From an uncultured Polaribacter sp. (GTDB taxonomy: Bacteria; Bacteroidota; Bacteroidia; Flavobacteriales; Flavobacteriaceae): 64,000 nt of DNA. The notes beneath the pieces were generated by a model. It ran no database searches, had not been told where the DNA came from, and saw only the letters and a list, made by a program, of their open reading frames with translations. The stretch lies in contig NZ_CANNFF010000011.1 of the NCBI RefSeq assembly GCF_947503855.1, positions 71,038-135,037 of the forward strand, written 5' to 3'. The translations under genes and the position numbers were made by a program. Shown piece by piece: positions 55,052-64,000 of the stretch; the stretch's first letter is position 1; every line of letters begins with the position of its first letter.

Positions 55052-56239
55052 ATGATCCAAAATTTAGAACAAACATGGCGTTGGTATGGACCCAATGATC
55101 CAGTTTCTTTATCAGATATAAAACAATCAGGAGCAACAGGAATTGTTTCTGCATTGCACCACATTCCAAATGGAGAAGTTTGGACAGTTGAAGAAATTAC
55201 CAAAAGAAAAAAAACCATAGAAAATGTTGGTTTAAATTGGTCTGTGGTAGAATCTGTACCCATTCACGAAAATATTAAAACCAAATCTGGCGATTATCAA
55301 AAATATATAGAAAACTACAAACAAACACTTTTAAATTTAGGTGTTTGTGGTATTGATATCGTTTGTTATAACTTTATGCCAGTTTTAGATTGGACACGTA
55401 CCAATTTAGATTACGAAGTATCTGATCAATCTACAGCATTGCGTTTTGAAGCGGCTGCTTTTGCTGCTTTCGAATTGTATTTGTTAAAAAGACCTGGTGC
55501 AGAAAACGAATATTCTGTGGCGCAAAAACAAAAAGCGGCTGAGTTTATCAAAAGTTCATCAAAAGAAGAACAAACCAGATTAATTAGGAATATTATTGCT
55601 GGTTTACCAGGTGCTGAAGAAGGATATTCTTTGGAGGAATTCAATCAGATTTTAGCTACTTACAAAAATATTGGTTCTAAAGAATTAAAAGCAAATTTAT
55701 TTTCTTTCTTGTCAGAAATTATTCCAGCTGCAGAACAAGCAGGTGTATTAATGTGCATTCATCCTGATGACCCTCCATTTCCAATTTTAGGCTTACCAAG
55801 AGTAGTTTCTACAGAACAAGATATCGAAGATATTTACAACGCAGTACAATCTCCAAACAATGGTTTAACCTTTTGTACAGGTTCTTTTGGTGTAAGAGCA
55901 GATAATGATTTAGCAGGAATGGTAGAACGTTTAGGAGATAGAATTCATTTTATTCATTTACGTGCTACAAAACGTGATGCAGAAGGAAATTTTCATGAAG
56001 CAGATCATCTAGAAGGCGATGTAGATATGTATGCTGTACTAAAAGCGTTAATTTTAGAGCAACAAAAAAGAATTGCAGCAGGAAGACAAGATGTAAGAAT
56101 GCCTTTTAGACCCGATCATGGTCATAAAATGTTAGACGATTTAAATAAGAAAACAAATCCTGGATATTCAGGGATTGGACGTTTACGTGGTTTGGCTGAA
56201 TTAAGAGGCTTAGAACTAGGGATTAGACGTTCATTATAA
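55052..56239 (+). CDS. uxuA: Mannonate dehydratase
   Basis: N-terminus [28 protein letters not shown] is the UxuA signature. About 395 aa. Confidence 0.93.
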   Translation: MIQNLEQTWRWYGPNDPVSLSDIKQSGATGIVSALHHIPNGEVWTVEEITKRKKTIENVGLNWSVVESVPIHENIKTKSGDYQKYIENYKQTLLNLGVCGIDIVCYNFMPVLDWTRTNLDYEVSDQSTALRFEAAAFAAFELYLLKRPGAENEYSVAQKQKAAEFIKSSSKEEQTRLIRNIIAGLPGAEEGYSLEEFNQILATYKNIGSKELKANLFSFLSEIIPAAEQAGVLMCIHPDDPPFPILGLPRVVSTEQDIEDIYNAVQSPNNGLTFCTGSFGVRADNDLAGMVERLGDRIHFIHLRATKRDAEGNFHEADHLEGDVDMYAVLKALILEQQKRIAAGRQDVRMPFRPDHGHKMLDDLNKKTNPGYSGIGRLRGLAELRGLELGIRRSL

Positions 56240-56243
56240 AATC

Positions 56244-56290
56244 GATTAGATTTTAATGCTGAACTTGATTCAGTATCTAATCAATCAAGT
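56244..56290 (+). promoter_or_regulatory. Intercistronic nested hairpin with an alternative pairing (uxuA-kduI spacer)
   Basis: GATTAGAT (56244-51) pairs with ATCTAATC (56275-82), enclosing CTGAA/TTCAG. ACTTGATT (56263-70) can instead pair with AATCAAGT (56283-90). Confidence 0.35.
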
Positions 56291-56318
56291 TACAATCAAA
56301 AAATAAAAAACAAATACT

Positions 56319-57161
56319 ATGGCAACAACTTTCGAAACAAGATACGCTTCAAATCCGCAAGCAGTAAAAAAATACGACACACAAGAAATAAGAGATGAAT
56401 TTTTAGTTCCAGATTTAATGCAACCAGGAATTATTAAATGGGTATATACGCATTATGATAGATATATGGCTGGTGGAGCTGTACCAACTTCAGGAGCTCT
56501 TACCTTAGAAACTATAGATCCTTTAAAAGCTGAATACTTTTTAGAAAGAAGAGAAGTTGGTGTTATTAATGCAGGAGGAAAAGGAACTATTATAGCTGAT
56601 GGTGAAGAATTTAAAATGTTACATAAAGATGCATTGTATCTTGGTAAAGGGGTTAAAGAGGTTGTTTTTAAAAGTGATGATGCTAACAACCCTGCAAAAT
56701 TCTATATGAATTCTGCACCTGCGCATACAGCTTATCCAACAAAACAAGTTACAAAAGCAGAAGCAAACAAAATAGAATTGGGTAGTTTAGAAACTGCAAA
56801 TCATAGAACTGTAAACCAAATGATTATTGGCGGAATTGTAACAACTTGCCAATTACAAATGGGAATGACAGAATTAAAAACAGGTTCTGTTTGGAACACC
56901 ATGCCAGCTCACGTGCACGATAGAAGAATGGAAATCTATTACTATATGGATATTATGGATGAACAAGCTGTTTGTCATTTTATGGGAGAACCACAAGAAA
57001 CACGTCATATTTGGATGCAAAATCACGAAGCAGTAATTTCTCCACCTTGGTCTATTCACTCTGGTTCTGGTACTTCAAACTACACATTTATTTGGGGTAT
57101 GGCTGGTGAAAACCTAGATTACAATGATATGGATGTTGCAAAAATTACAGATTTAAGATAA
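56319..57161 (+). CDS. kduI: 5-dehydro-4-deoxy-D-glucuronate isomerase
   Basis: About 280 aa cupin. N-terminal ETRYASNP...KKYDT.EIRDEFLV and the HxH..E metal region MPAHVHDRRMEIYYY are typical of KduI. Confidence 0.92.
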   Translation: MATTFETRYASNPQAVKKYDTQEIRDEFLVPDLMQPGIIKWVYTHYDRYMAGGAVPTSGALTLETIDPLKAEYFLERREVGVINAGGKGTIIADGEEFKMLHKDALYLGKGVKEVVFKSDDANNPAKFYMNSAPAHTAYPTKQVTKAEANKIELGSLETANHRTVNQMIIGGIVTTCQLQMGMTELKTGSVWNTMPAHVHDRRMEIYYYMDIMDEQAVCHFMGEPQETRHIWMQNHEAVISPPWSIHSGSGTSNYTFIWGMAGENLDYNDMDVAKITDLR

Positions 57162-57165
57162 CAGT

Positions 57166-57960
57166 ATGTCTCAAGCATTATTTGATATTACAGGGAAAGT
57201 AGCTTTAGTAACGGGCTCTACACACGGTTTAGGAATGTCTATGGCTATGGGATTAGGAAAGGCTGGTGCTACCATTGTTGTGAATGGAAATTCATCACAA
57301 GAAAAAATAGACAAAGCAGTTGAATTGTATAAAGCAGCAGGAATTAATGCTGTGGGTTACAAGTTTAATGTTGCAGATGAAGCTCAGGTAATTGAAAACA
57401 TCAAAAAAATTGAAACTAAAGTAGGTAATATCGATATTTTAGTCAACAACGCAGGAATCATCAAAAGAACACCATTGGCAGAAATGGAAGTTGAAGATTT
57501 TAAACAAGTTATTGATATCGATTTGGTAAGTCCTTTTATTGTTTCTAAACACGTTATCAAAGGAATGATGGAACGCAAAGCAGGAAAAATCATCAACATT
57601 TGTTCTATGATGAGCGAATTAGGTAGAAATACAGTTGGAGCTTACGCAGCCGCTAAAGGCGGTTTGGTAATGCTAACTAAAAATATGGCTACAGAGTGGG
57701 CACGTTTTGGTGTACAAGTAAACGGAATTGGACCTGGGTATTTTGCAACTTCACAGACGGCTCCTATTCGAGTTGATGGACATCCTTTTAATGATTTTAT
57801 CGTGAACAGAACACCTGCAAAAAAATGGGGAGACCCAAATGATTTAGCAGGAGCAGCAGTGTTTTTATCCTCTAAAGCAAGTGATTTTGTAAATGGACAT
57901 ATTTTATATGTAGATGGAGGAATCTTAGCAACTATTGGGAAACCTTCTAACGAAGAATAA
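57166..57960 (+). CDS. kduD: 2-dehydro-3-deoxy-D-gluconate 5-dehydrogenase (SDR)
   Basis: LFDITGKVALVTGSTHGLG, NNAGI and YAAAKGG. Follows kduI after a 4-nt spacer. Confidence 0.85.
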   Translation: MSQALFDITGKVALVTGSTHGLGMSMAMGLGKAGATIVVNGNSSQEKIDKAVELYKAAGINAVGYKFNVADEAQVIENIKKIETKVGNIDILVNNAGIIKRTPLAEMEVEDFKQVIDIDLVSPFIVSKHVIKGMMERKAGKIINICSMMSELGRNTVGAYAAAKGGLVMLTKNMATEWARFGVQVNGIGPGYFATSQTAPIRVDGHPFNDFIVNRTPAKKWGDPNDLAGAAVFLSSKASDFVNGHILYVDGGILATIGKPSNEE

Positions 57961-57975
57961 ATATTAAAAATTCAG

Positions 57976-58004
57976 ACCTTTCAGGTTTCTAAAACCTGAA
58001 AGGT
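57976..58004 (+). other. 13-bp perfect stem-loop between kduD and the DUF4861-like gene (no T-tract)
   Basis: ACCTTTCAGGTTT-cta-AAACCTGAAAGGT. Confidence 0.5.
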
Positions 58005-58021
58005 TTAAACAATCAATCTAA

Positions 58022-59185
58022 ATGAAAAAAATAGTTCTCTTTTTTCTTACGGTTTCTCTTTTTGTCAATTGTGATAAAAAAGCTGAAATCATTTCAACAG
58101 TAACAGTAAAAAATACTTTAAATATTGATAGAGATTTTGAAACTGTTGAAGTAGATATATCTGAAGTAGCAGCAGAAAAACAAGCTGATGTAGTAGTTTT
58201 AGATGCTGATAATAAAGTTGTTACTTCTCAAATTATAGATACAGATTTAGATGGTAAAAATGATGTGATTTTGTTTCAACCATCAATTAAAGCAAACGCT
58301 ACAAAAACATATAAGTTATCAATTTTTGATAAAAAACAAGACTCAGTAATTAATTACTGTTTTTCACGTTTTGTACCAGAAAGAACAGATGATTATACAT
58401 GGGAAAACAATAGAGTTGCTTTTAGAACTTTTGGTCCAGTAGCCCAAAAAATGGTAGAAGATGGTGTAAAAGGAGGAACCTTGTCTAGCGGAATAGATGC
58501 TTGGTTAAAACGTGTTGAATATCCAATTATCAACACTTGGTACAAAAGAAACGATGTTAAAAAAGGAGCCTATCATAAAGATCATGGAGAAGGTTTAGAT
58601 AATTTTCATGTTGGTGTAAGTAGAGGTATAGGAGGTACAGCCGTAAAAGTTGATACATCTTTTTACTTTTCTAAGAACTTTACCTCTTACAAAACCATTA
58701 CCACAGGTCCGTTAAGAACCAGTTTTGTGTTAACCTATGCTACTTGGGATGCTAATGGTAAACAAATCGATGAAACCAAACACATCTCTTTAGATTATGG
58801 TCAAAACTTATCTCGTTTTGAAATTGATGTAAAAGGAACAGAAACCATTGCAGCTGGAATAACTTTACACGATAAAAAAGGCGTTACCAATCAAAATGAC
58901 GCTAACTTTTGGGTTAGTCATTGGGAAACCTTAGACGACTCTGAAGTAGGAACAGGAATTGTAACTACAGAACCCTATTTTTCAGGTTCAGAAAAGTTTG
59001 TTACATCTAGAAAAGACGAAAGCAATCACTTTTTACACTTAAATGTAGTTGATGACAAAGTTGTTTTCTATAGTGGTTTTGGATGGAAAAAAAGTAAACA
59101 GTTTACAACTCAACAAGAATGGGAAAATTATTTGTCAGATTTCTCAAAAAAAATAAATACTCCATTAATAGTAACCAAAAACTAA
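58022..59185 (+). CDS. DUF4861-like lipoprotein of unknown function
   Basis: Lipobox LFVNCDKK. I recognise this ~385-aa family as the uncharacterised protein that accompanies kduI/kduD in Bacteroidetes uronate loci. Identification is from memory. Confidence 0.6.
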   Translation: MKKIVLFFLTVSLFVNCDKKAEIISTVTVKNTLNIDRDFETVEVDISEVAAEKQADVVVLDADNKVVTSQIIDTDLDGKNDVILFQPSIKANATKTYKLSIFDKKQDSVINYCFSRFVPERTDDYTWENNRVAFRTFGPVAQKMVEDGVKGGTLSSGIDAWLKRVEYPIINTWYKRNDVKKGAYHKDHGEGLDNFHVGVSRGIGGTAVKVDTSFYFSKNFTSYKTITTGPLRTSFVLTYATWDANGKQIDETKHISLDYGQNLSRFEIDVKGTETIAAGITLHDKKGVTNQNDANFWVSHWETLDDSEVGTGIVTTEPYFSGSEKFVTSRKDESNHFLHLNVVDDKVVFYSGFGWKKSKQFTTQQEWENYLSDFSKKINTPLIVTKN

Positions 59186-59198
59186 TCACCCTTAAACA

Positions 59199-60185
59199 AT
59201 GAAGAAGCAAAACTTTTTTCAATCCATATTTGTTTTAACTATTTTGTTATTCTTTTTGGGTTGTCAATCAAACACTTCAGTATCAACTTTACGCTTAGGA
59301 CATTCTTTGGACACGCAACACCCAGTGCATAAAGCAATGGTTATTTTTGGTGAAGAGTTAGAAAAACAGTCACAAGGAAAACTCAAAGTAAACATTTATC
59401 CAAGTGGTCAATTAGGTGGCGAAAGAGAATGTTTGGAATTATTGCAAATTGGTAGTTTAGATATTACTAAAGTTTCTGCAGCAGTTTTAGAAAACTTTAT
59501 ACCAGAATATAAAGTATTTAGTGTGCCTTATATGTTTAGAGATAAAGCACATACATTTAGCGTTTTTGATAGTGAAATTGGTGAAAGTTTATTGTTAAAG
59601 GGAGAAAAATTTAGACTTCGTGGATTAACATTTTATGATGCTGGAAGTAGAAGTTTTTATATGAAAGAAGCACCTATAAAGTCTCCTGCAGATTTAAAAG
59701 GAAAAAAAATTAGAGTACAAAAAAGTAATATGGCTGTGGCTATGGTGAATGATTTAGGAGGTTCTCCAACACCCATTTCTTGGGGAGAATTATATACAGC
59801 ATTACAACAAGGAGTTGTTGATGGCGCAGAAAACAATCCACCAAGCTTTTATACCTCTAAACATTATGAGGTTTGTAAGTATTATTCTTTAGATGAACAT
59901 ACAGCTGTACCTGATGTTTTATTAATAGGTACAGATACTTGGAGCCGTTTAAATAATCAACAGAAAGATTGGGTAAGAAAAGCGGTTAAAGTAAGTACTA
60001 TTGCACAAAGAAAATTATGGGCAGATTCAGAAAAAGCATCTTTAGAAGCAGTAAAAAAAGCAGGTGTACAAGTTGTTTATCCTGATAAAAAACCTTTTGA
60101 AGAACAAACCAAAGGAATTTTAAAAATGTTTGATGGAAATGAGGAGATGAAGTCTTTAATAACTTCGATTAAAAATCAACAATAA
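59199..60185 (+). CDS. TRAP transporter substrate-binding protein (DctP family), lipoprotein form
   Basis: Lipobox FFLGCQSN. DctP-type body (LRLGHSL...HP.HKA, FYDAGSRSFY). Confidence 0.88.
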   Translation: MKKQNFFQSIFVLTILLFFLGCQSNTSVSTLRLGHSLDTQHPVHKAMVIFGEELEKQSQGKLKVNIYPSGQLGGERECLELLQIGSLDITKVSAAVLENFIPEYKVFSVPYMFRDKAHTFSVFDSEIGESLLLKGEKFRLRGLTFYDAGSRSFYMKEAPIKSPADLKGKKIRVQKSNMAVAMVNDLGGSPTPISWGELYTALQQGVVDGAENNPPSFYTSKHYEVCKYYSLDEHTAVPDVLLIGTDTWSRLNNQQKDWVRKAVKVSTIAQRKLWADSEKASLEAVKKAGVQVVYPDKKPFEEQTKGILKMFDGNEEMKSLITSIKNQQ

Positions 60186-60655
60186 TGAGAGCAAAAATAG
60201 ATAGCGTTTTAGAAAAATTAGTACTTTTTATTTTAGTATTAATGCTTGCTAGTGTCGTTTGGCAAGTCTTTTCGAGATTTGTGTTAAGAGCACCAAGTAC
60301 CATTACTGATGAAATTTCTAGTTTCTCATTAATTTGGGTGGGTTTGTTAGGAGCAGCCTATGCAGCAGGTAAAAATTTGCATTTGGCAATTGATTTAATT
60401 CCAGAAGATGTTATTAAAAAAAGACAAGGGTTGTTTAACGGAATTGTATTTATATCGATAGCAGTTTTTGCATTAACAGTAATGATTATTGGTGGATTTA
60501 GATTGGTGCAATTGAGTTTTCAATTTGGCCAAACATCAGCAACCCTAGAAATTCCTTTAGGATTTATTTATATGGTAGTTCCAATTTCTGGAGTTTTAAT
60601 TTGCTACTATAGTATCGATACATTAATCAATTTAAGAAAATTAAATAAAGCATAA
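60185..60655 (+). CDS. TRAP transporter small permease (DctQ family)
   Basis: 156 aa, 4 TM. ATG overlaps the preceding stop (TAATG). Confidence 0.85.
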   Translation: MRAKIDSVLEKLVLFILVLMLASVVWQVFSRFVLRAPSTITDEISSFSLIWVGLLGAAYAAGKNLHLAIDLIPEDVIKKRQGLFNGIVFISIAVFALTVMIIGGFRLVQLSFQFGQTSATLEIPLGFIYMVVPISGVLICYYSIDTLINLRKLNKA

Positions 60656-60657
60656 TT

Positions 60658-61956
60658 ATGAATTTAGTAGAAGTCCTTATTTTAGTTATTAGCTTTTTGG
60701 TTTTCTTATCATTAAGAGTACCTATAGCGTTTGCAATTGGTTTAGCTGCTTTATTTACCTTATTAAGTGCTATGCCGTTTTTACCATCGGTAACTACATT
60801 GGCGCAAAGAATGGCAACCTCTTTAGATAGTTTTACACTCTCTGCAATCCCGTTTTTTATCTTAGCAGGTCAAATTATGAACAGAGGAGGAATTGCAGTT
60901 CGGCTTATCAATTTTGCCAAAGCCATAGTTGGACCACTTCCTGGTGGATTGGCTTTTGTAAACATTATTTCTTGTATGTTATTTGGCGCAATTTCTGGTT
61001 CTGCAGTAGCTGCAGCATCAGCCATTGGTGGGTTTATGAATCCGATGATGGAAAAAGATGGGTATGACAAATCGTTTAGTGCAGCAGTAAATATTACGAG
61101 TGCAACAACAGGTTTAATTATTCCGCCTAGTAACGTACTTATTGTATATTCTTTAGCAAGTGGTGGAGTTTCTATTGCAGCCTTGTTTATTGCAGGTTAT
61201 GTTCCGGGTTTATTAATCGGTTTGGCATTAATGATTGTAGCTTTAATCTACTCAATCATTAAAAAATATCCAACAGACAAGTTAGTAGGTTTTAAAGAAT
61301 TTTTTAAAAGATTTGTAGATGCTTTTCCAAGTTTGATGTTGTTAGTTGTTGTAATTGGAGGAATTGTAGCTGGTATTTTTACAGCCACAGAAGCTTCAGC
61401 TATTGCAGTAATTTACACGCTATTTTTAGGTTTTGTATATAAAGAAATTACCTTTAAAGATATTTCTCCAATATTGCTAGAAACTGTAAAAACCTCAGCA
61501 ATTGTTTTGTTGTTAGTTTCAACATCTATAGCAATGTCTTGGGTAATGAGTTATGAAAATATTCCACAAGAAATTAGTAATACATTACTATCTATTAGCG
61601 ATAATCCCATTGTCATTTTAATTATCATCAACTTAATTCTATTGTTTGTAGGTGTTTTTATGGATATGACTCCAGCGGTTTTAATCTTTACACCCATCTT
61701 TTTACCAATTGTTACAGAATTAGGTATGAATCCAATTCACTTTGGAATTATAATGATTATGAACTTATGTATTGGTTTATGTACGCCACCTGTAGGTTCT
61801 GTGCTCTTTGTAGGATGTAGTGTGGCCGATTTAAAAATACAGCAAGTTATAAAGCCATTATTGCCATTATTTTTAGTAATGATAGGTGTGTTGCTCTTAA
61901 TTACGTATTTCCCAGATTTAACATTGTGGTTACCAAGACAATTTGATTTATTGTAA
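60658..61956 (+). CDS. TRAP transporter large permease (DctM family)
   Basis: 432 aa, about 12 TM. FFILAG.IMN.GG and CTPPVGS motifs. Confidence 0.9.
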   Translation: MNLVEVLILVISFLVFLSLRVPIAFAIGLAALFTLLSAMPFLPSVTTLAQRMATSLDSFTLSAIPFFILAGQIMNRGGIAVRLINFAKAIVGPLPGGLAFVNIISCMLFGAISGSAVAAASAIGGFMNPMMEKDGYDKSFSAAVNITSATTGLIIPPSNVLIVYSLASGGVSIAALFIAGYVPGLLIGLALMIVALIYSIIKKYPTDKLVGFKEFFKRFVDAFPSLMLLVVVIGGIVAGIFTATEASAIAVIYTLFLGFVYKEITFKDISPILLETVKTSAIVLLLVSTSIAMSWVMSYENIPQEISNTLLSISDNPIVILIIINLILLFVGVFMDMTPAVLIFTPIFLPIVTELGMNPIHFGIIMIMNLCIGLCTPPVGSVLFVGCSVADLKIQQVIKPLLPLFLVMIGVLLLITYFPDLTLWLPRQFDLL

Positions 61957-62007
61957 GAATATAGTGTAATTTTGTGCTCTTATATCAATTGAAGATTACA
62001 ATAATCA

Positions 62008-62850
62008 ATGACACAAAATAAAGCGATTTTATATATGGTTTTTAGTGCAATAGCATTTGCGCTAATGGGTTCTGTTGTAAAATATTTAAGTACATTTAAT
62101 GTGTATCAAGTTGTGTTTTTTAGATCTGTAGGAACTTTATTGTTTACAATTCCTTTAGTTTTAAAACAGAAAGTTCCTTTTTTGGGAAACAATAAAAAAT
62201 GGTTATTCATAAGAGGTGTTACAGGTGTAATTTCTTTAACCTGCTTTTTTCAATCTTTAAATTATTTATCTATTGGCACTGCAGTTTCTTTACGTTATAC
62301 AGCACCTATATTTGCAGCTATTTTTGCACTTTTATTTTTAAAAGAAAAAATTAAACCAATACAATGGTTCTTGTTTTTTATCGCTTTTTTAGGAGTTTTA
62401 ATCATCAAAGGTTTTGGTGCAGATGTAGCAACTTTAGGTTTGCTTTTTGTGTTATTTTCTGCTATTTTTTTAGGGATAATTTTTGTTGTAATTCGTAAAA
62501 TAGGGAATACCGAACATCCATTAGTGATCATAAACTATTTTATGATTATGGCTTTTGTTTTTGGTGGGTTACTATCTATAAAATATTGGATTCAGCCTAA
62601 CTTAATAGAATGGATTCTTTTTATAAGTACAGGTGTTTTTGGTTATTTTGGTCAGTTGTATATGACCAAAGCCTTTCAAGCAGAAGAAACCAATCTAGTT
62701 GCTCCCATAAAATATTTGGAGGTAATTATTACCATAATTATCGGAACATTTTGGTTTGGAGATATCTATAATGGTTGGACAATCTTAGGAATTGTATTGA
62801 TTCTTTCTGGGTTGATTTACAATATCTACATCAAAAGAAAAACAACCTAA
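62008..62850 (+). CDS. EamA/DMT-family transporter
   Basis: 10 TM, duplicated EamA halves. Confidence 0.8.
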   Translation: MTQNKAILYMVFSAIAFALMGSVVKYLSTFNVYQVVFFRSVGTLLFTIPLVLKQKVPFLGNNKKWLFIRGVTGVISLTCFFQSLNYLSIGTAVSLRYTAPIFAAIFALLFLKEKIKPIQWFLFFIAFLGVLIIKGFGADVATLGLLFVLFSAIFLGIIFVVIRKIGNTEHPLVIINYFMIMAFVFGGLLSIKYWIQPNLIEWILFISTGVFGYFGQLYMTKAFQAEETNLVAPIKYLEVIITIIIGTFWFGDIYNGWTILGIVLILSGLIYNIYIKRKTT

Positions 62851-62863
62851 ATTTCTATCGATT

Positions 62864-63832
62864 TTAGCTTGTAAATTTATCCAATATTTTCATTACTTCA
62901 ACGCCATCTTTAACTGTACAAGGATTTTTTGCATTTCCTAAAAAGTAATTTACCGTTTGCTCGATTAAGGGTTGTTGTACGTGTGCAGGATTTTCGAATG
63001 AAAAAACTTCTTCCTTATCAGTAGTATTTAAAAACACTTCTTCTCCGTAAAAAGAGAAGGTAATTGTACCATTTTCACCGTAAATTCTACATTCGTCTTT
63101 TACATCTTTTTCAGAAGCTATAAAATTCCAAATTCCTCTAAATTGTACCCCGTTTTCAAATGCAATAATTCCGTTTACAATATCTGCTACTTTATTGTTT
63201 TGGGTTGAGGTTGAAAATCCTTCCGCTTTTTCGATTTTACCAAAATAATGATACATCAAATCTATTTGATGAGGGCCAATATCGTGAAAATAGCCACCAC
63301 CTGAGGTTTCTGGTTTTAAACGCCAATTGTCATCCGTTTTAGCAATAACATTATTTGTTGTTGATTGTAAAATGGTAATATCCGCAAACAATACTTTCCC
63401 TATACAGTTTGCGTCTAGTAATTCTTTTACTTTTTGAAAGGCAGGTAAATTTCTTCTGTAATGTGCAACTACTATTTTATCATTTTCATTTACCAATGCT
63501 TTCAGCTCTAAGGCTTCATCAGTATTTATGGTCATAGGTTTTTCTAAATACACAAATTTGCCAGCTGCTAAACATTTTTTCGCAATTTCTAAATGTGTAG
63601 AGGGTGGAGTTGCAATATACAGCGCATTTATTTCTGGATGATTGATAATAGCATCAACAGAATTATAAAAAAAAGGCACATTGTGTCTTTCAGCAAAATC
63701 TTTCGCTTTTTCGCCATTTCTTCGCATTACAGCAACCAATTCGGAGTTTGCTACCTTTTGAAAAGCAGGACCACTTTTTACTTCTGCAACATCACCACAA
63801 CCAATAATTCCCCATTTTATAGAAGTATTCAT
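62864..63832 (-). CDS. Gfo/Idh/MocA-family oxidoreductase
   Basis: IKWGIIGCGDVAE Rossmann N-terminus and EKPM motif (YLEKPMT). Confidence 0.85.
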   Translation of the reverse strand: MNTSIKWGIIGCGDVAEVKSGPAFQKVANSELVAVMRRNGEKAKDFAERHNVPFFYNSVDAIINHPEINALYIATPPSTHLEIAKKCLAAGKFVYLEKPMTINTDEALELKALVNENDKIVVAHYRRNLPAFQKVKELLDANCIGKVLFADITILQSTTNNVIAKTDDNWRLKPETSGGGYFHDIGPHQIDLMYHYFGKIEKAEGFSTSTQNNKVADIVNGIIAFENGVQFRGIWNFIASEKDVKDECRIYGENGTITFSFYGEEVFLNTTDKEEVFSFENPAHVQQPLIEQTVNYFLGNAKNPCTVKDGVEVMKILDKFTS

Positions 63833-63838
63833 ATAAAT

Positions 63839-64000
63839 TTATTTAAAGTTAAAATAGTTTTTTGCATTATGATAACAAATATTACTTACAATTTTACCTA
63901 AAAAAGCTTCATCAGCTGGTAACTCTCCATTTTCAACATCAGTTCCAATTACATTACATAAAATACGTCTAAAGTATTCGTGCCTTGGAAAAGATAAAAA
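63839..64000 (-). CDS. uxaC: Glucuronate isomerase, C-terminal 53 codons (gene continues beyond the window)
   Basis: Reverse-strand translation [53 protein letters not shown] matches the UxaC C-terminus (E. coli ...[14 protein letters not shown]...GE.P.DEA.L..MV.DIC..NA..YF). Stop lies 6 nt before the Gfo/Idh/MocA ATG. Not in the ORF track. Confidence 0.9.
   Translation of the reverse strand, partial: FLSFPRHEYFRRILCNVIGTDVENGELPADEAFLGKIVSNICYHNAKNYFNFK

Noticed and set aside
63593-63901. 102-aa plus-strand ORF spanning the Gfo/Idh/MocA start and the uxaC stop.
   Set aside because: It is antisense to two genes with clear homology-type motifs. The reverse strand here encodes the UxaC C-terminus and the oxidoreductase N-terminus.
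1-64000. CRISPR arrays, rRNA genes, IS elements or prophage genes, and long dispersed repeats.
   Set aside because: Reading through both strands, I found no spaced direct-repeat arrays, no transposase, integrase, capsid or terminase-like ORFs, and no rRNA-like sequence. The only tandem repeat is the in-frame one in rplU.

Overview
This is an AT-rich chromosomal segment, roughly one-third GC by eye. Gene content, lipoboxes and TAnnTTTG -7 promoter boxes fit a marine Flavobacteriaceae (Bacteroidota) genome; the taxonomic placement is inference. It is almost entirely core genome and tightly packed. Gene order: a patatin-Omp85 phospholipase; a PiT phosphate transporter divergent from a TonB-dependent receptor (TBDR) plus lipoprotein pair; a Cys-rich HMA lipoprotein; an EamA transporter; two M16 peptidases; rplU-rpmA. 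Next comes a nine-gene same-strand chain: waaA, split YeeE/YedE, moaA, moeA, moaC, mobB-like/mobA, moeB-rhodanese and a membrane MutS-family ATPase. Several junctions in that chain have overlapping stop and start codons. Then follow the conserved mutY-ssb-gldE-gldD block; hup, an unannotated 29-aa hyperbasic ORF and RNase G; a secreted EEP nuclease divergent from a TBDR plus OB-fold-like lipoprotein; and mce-ftsX-DUF3098-uppP-truB. After these come a long RluA-family pseudouridine synthase; lycopene cyclase; SDR-type threonine dehydrogenase; recX; a TetR-TolC-MFP-(four-helix-bundle insert)-RND efflux operon; a polyprenyl synthetase; and a CAT-anticodon tRNA. The window ends with a hexuronate/KDG locus (uxuB-uxuA-kduI-kduD-DUF4861-TRAP transporter) and a convergent Gfo/Idh/MocA-uxaC pair. 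I saw no rRNA, CRISPR array, transposase, integrase, prophage or recognisable defence island. The best candidate for an undescribed system is the EEP nuclease / TBDR / YhcR-ExeM-like OB-fold lipoprotein locus (29777-35145), a possible surface capture and import system for extracellular nucleic acid. Other leads: a bS22-like mini-ORF missed by the ORF track; an L21 with a histone-H1-like plus Rho_N-like tail; an unexplained 345-aa N-terminal module on the RluA enzyme; an in-frame TAA separating a lipoprotein signal peptide from its NTF2-like domain; YeeE/YedE and MutS-like genes coupled to the Moco operon; and several candidate cis-regulatory elements. All functional calls come from motif recognition by eye. 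No searches, HMMs or folding programs were run.
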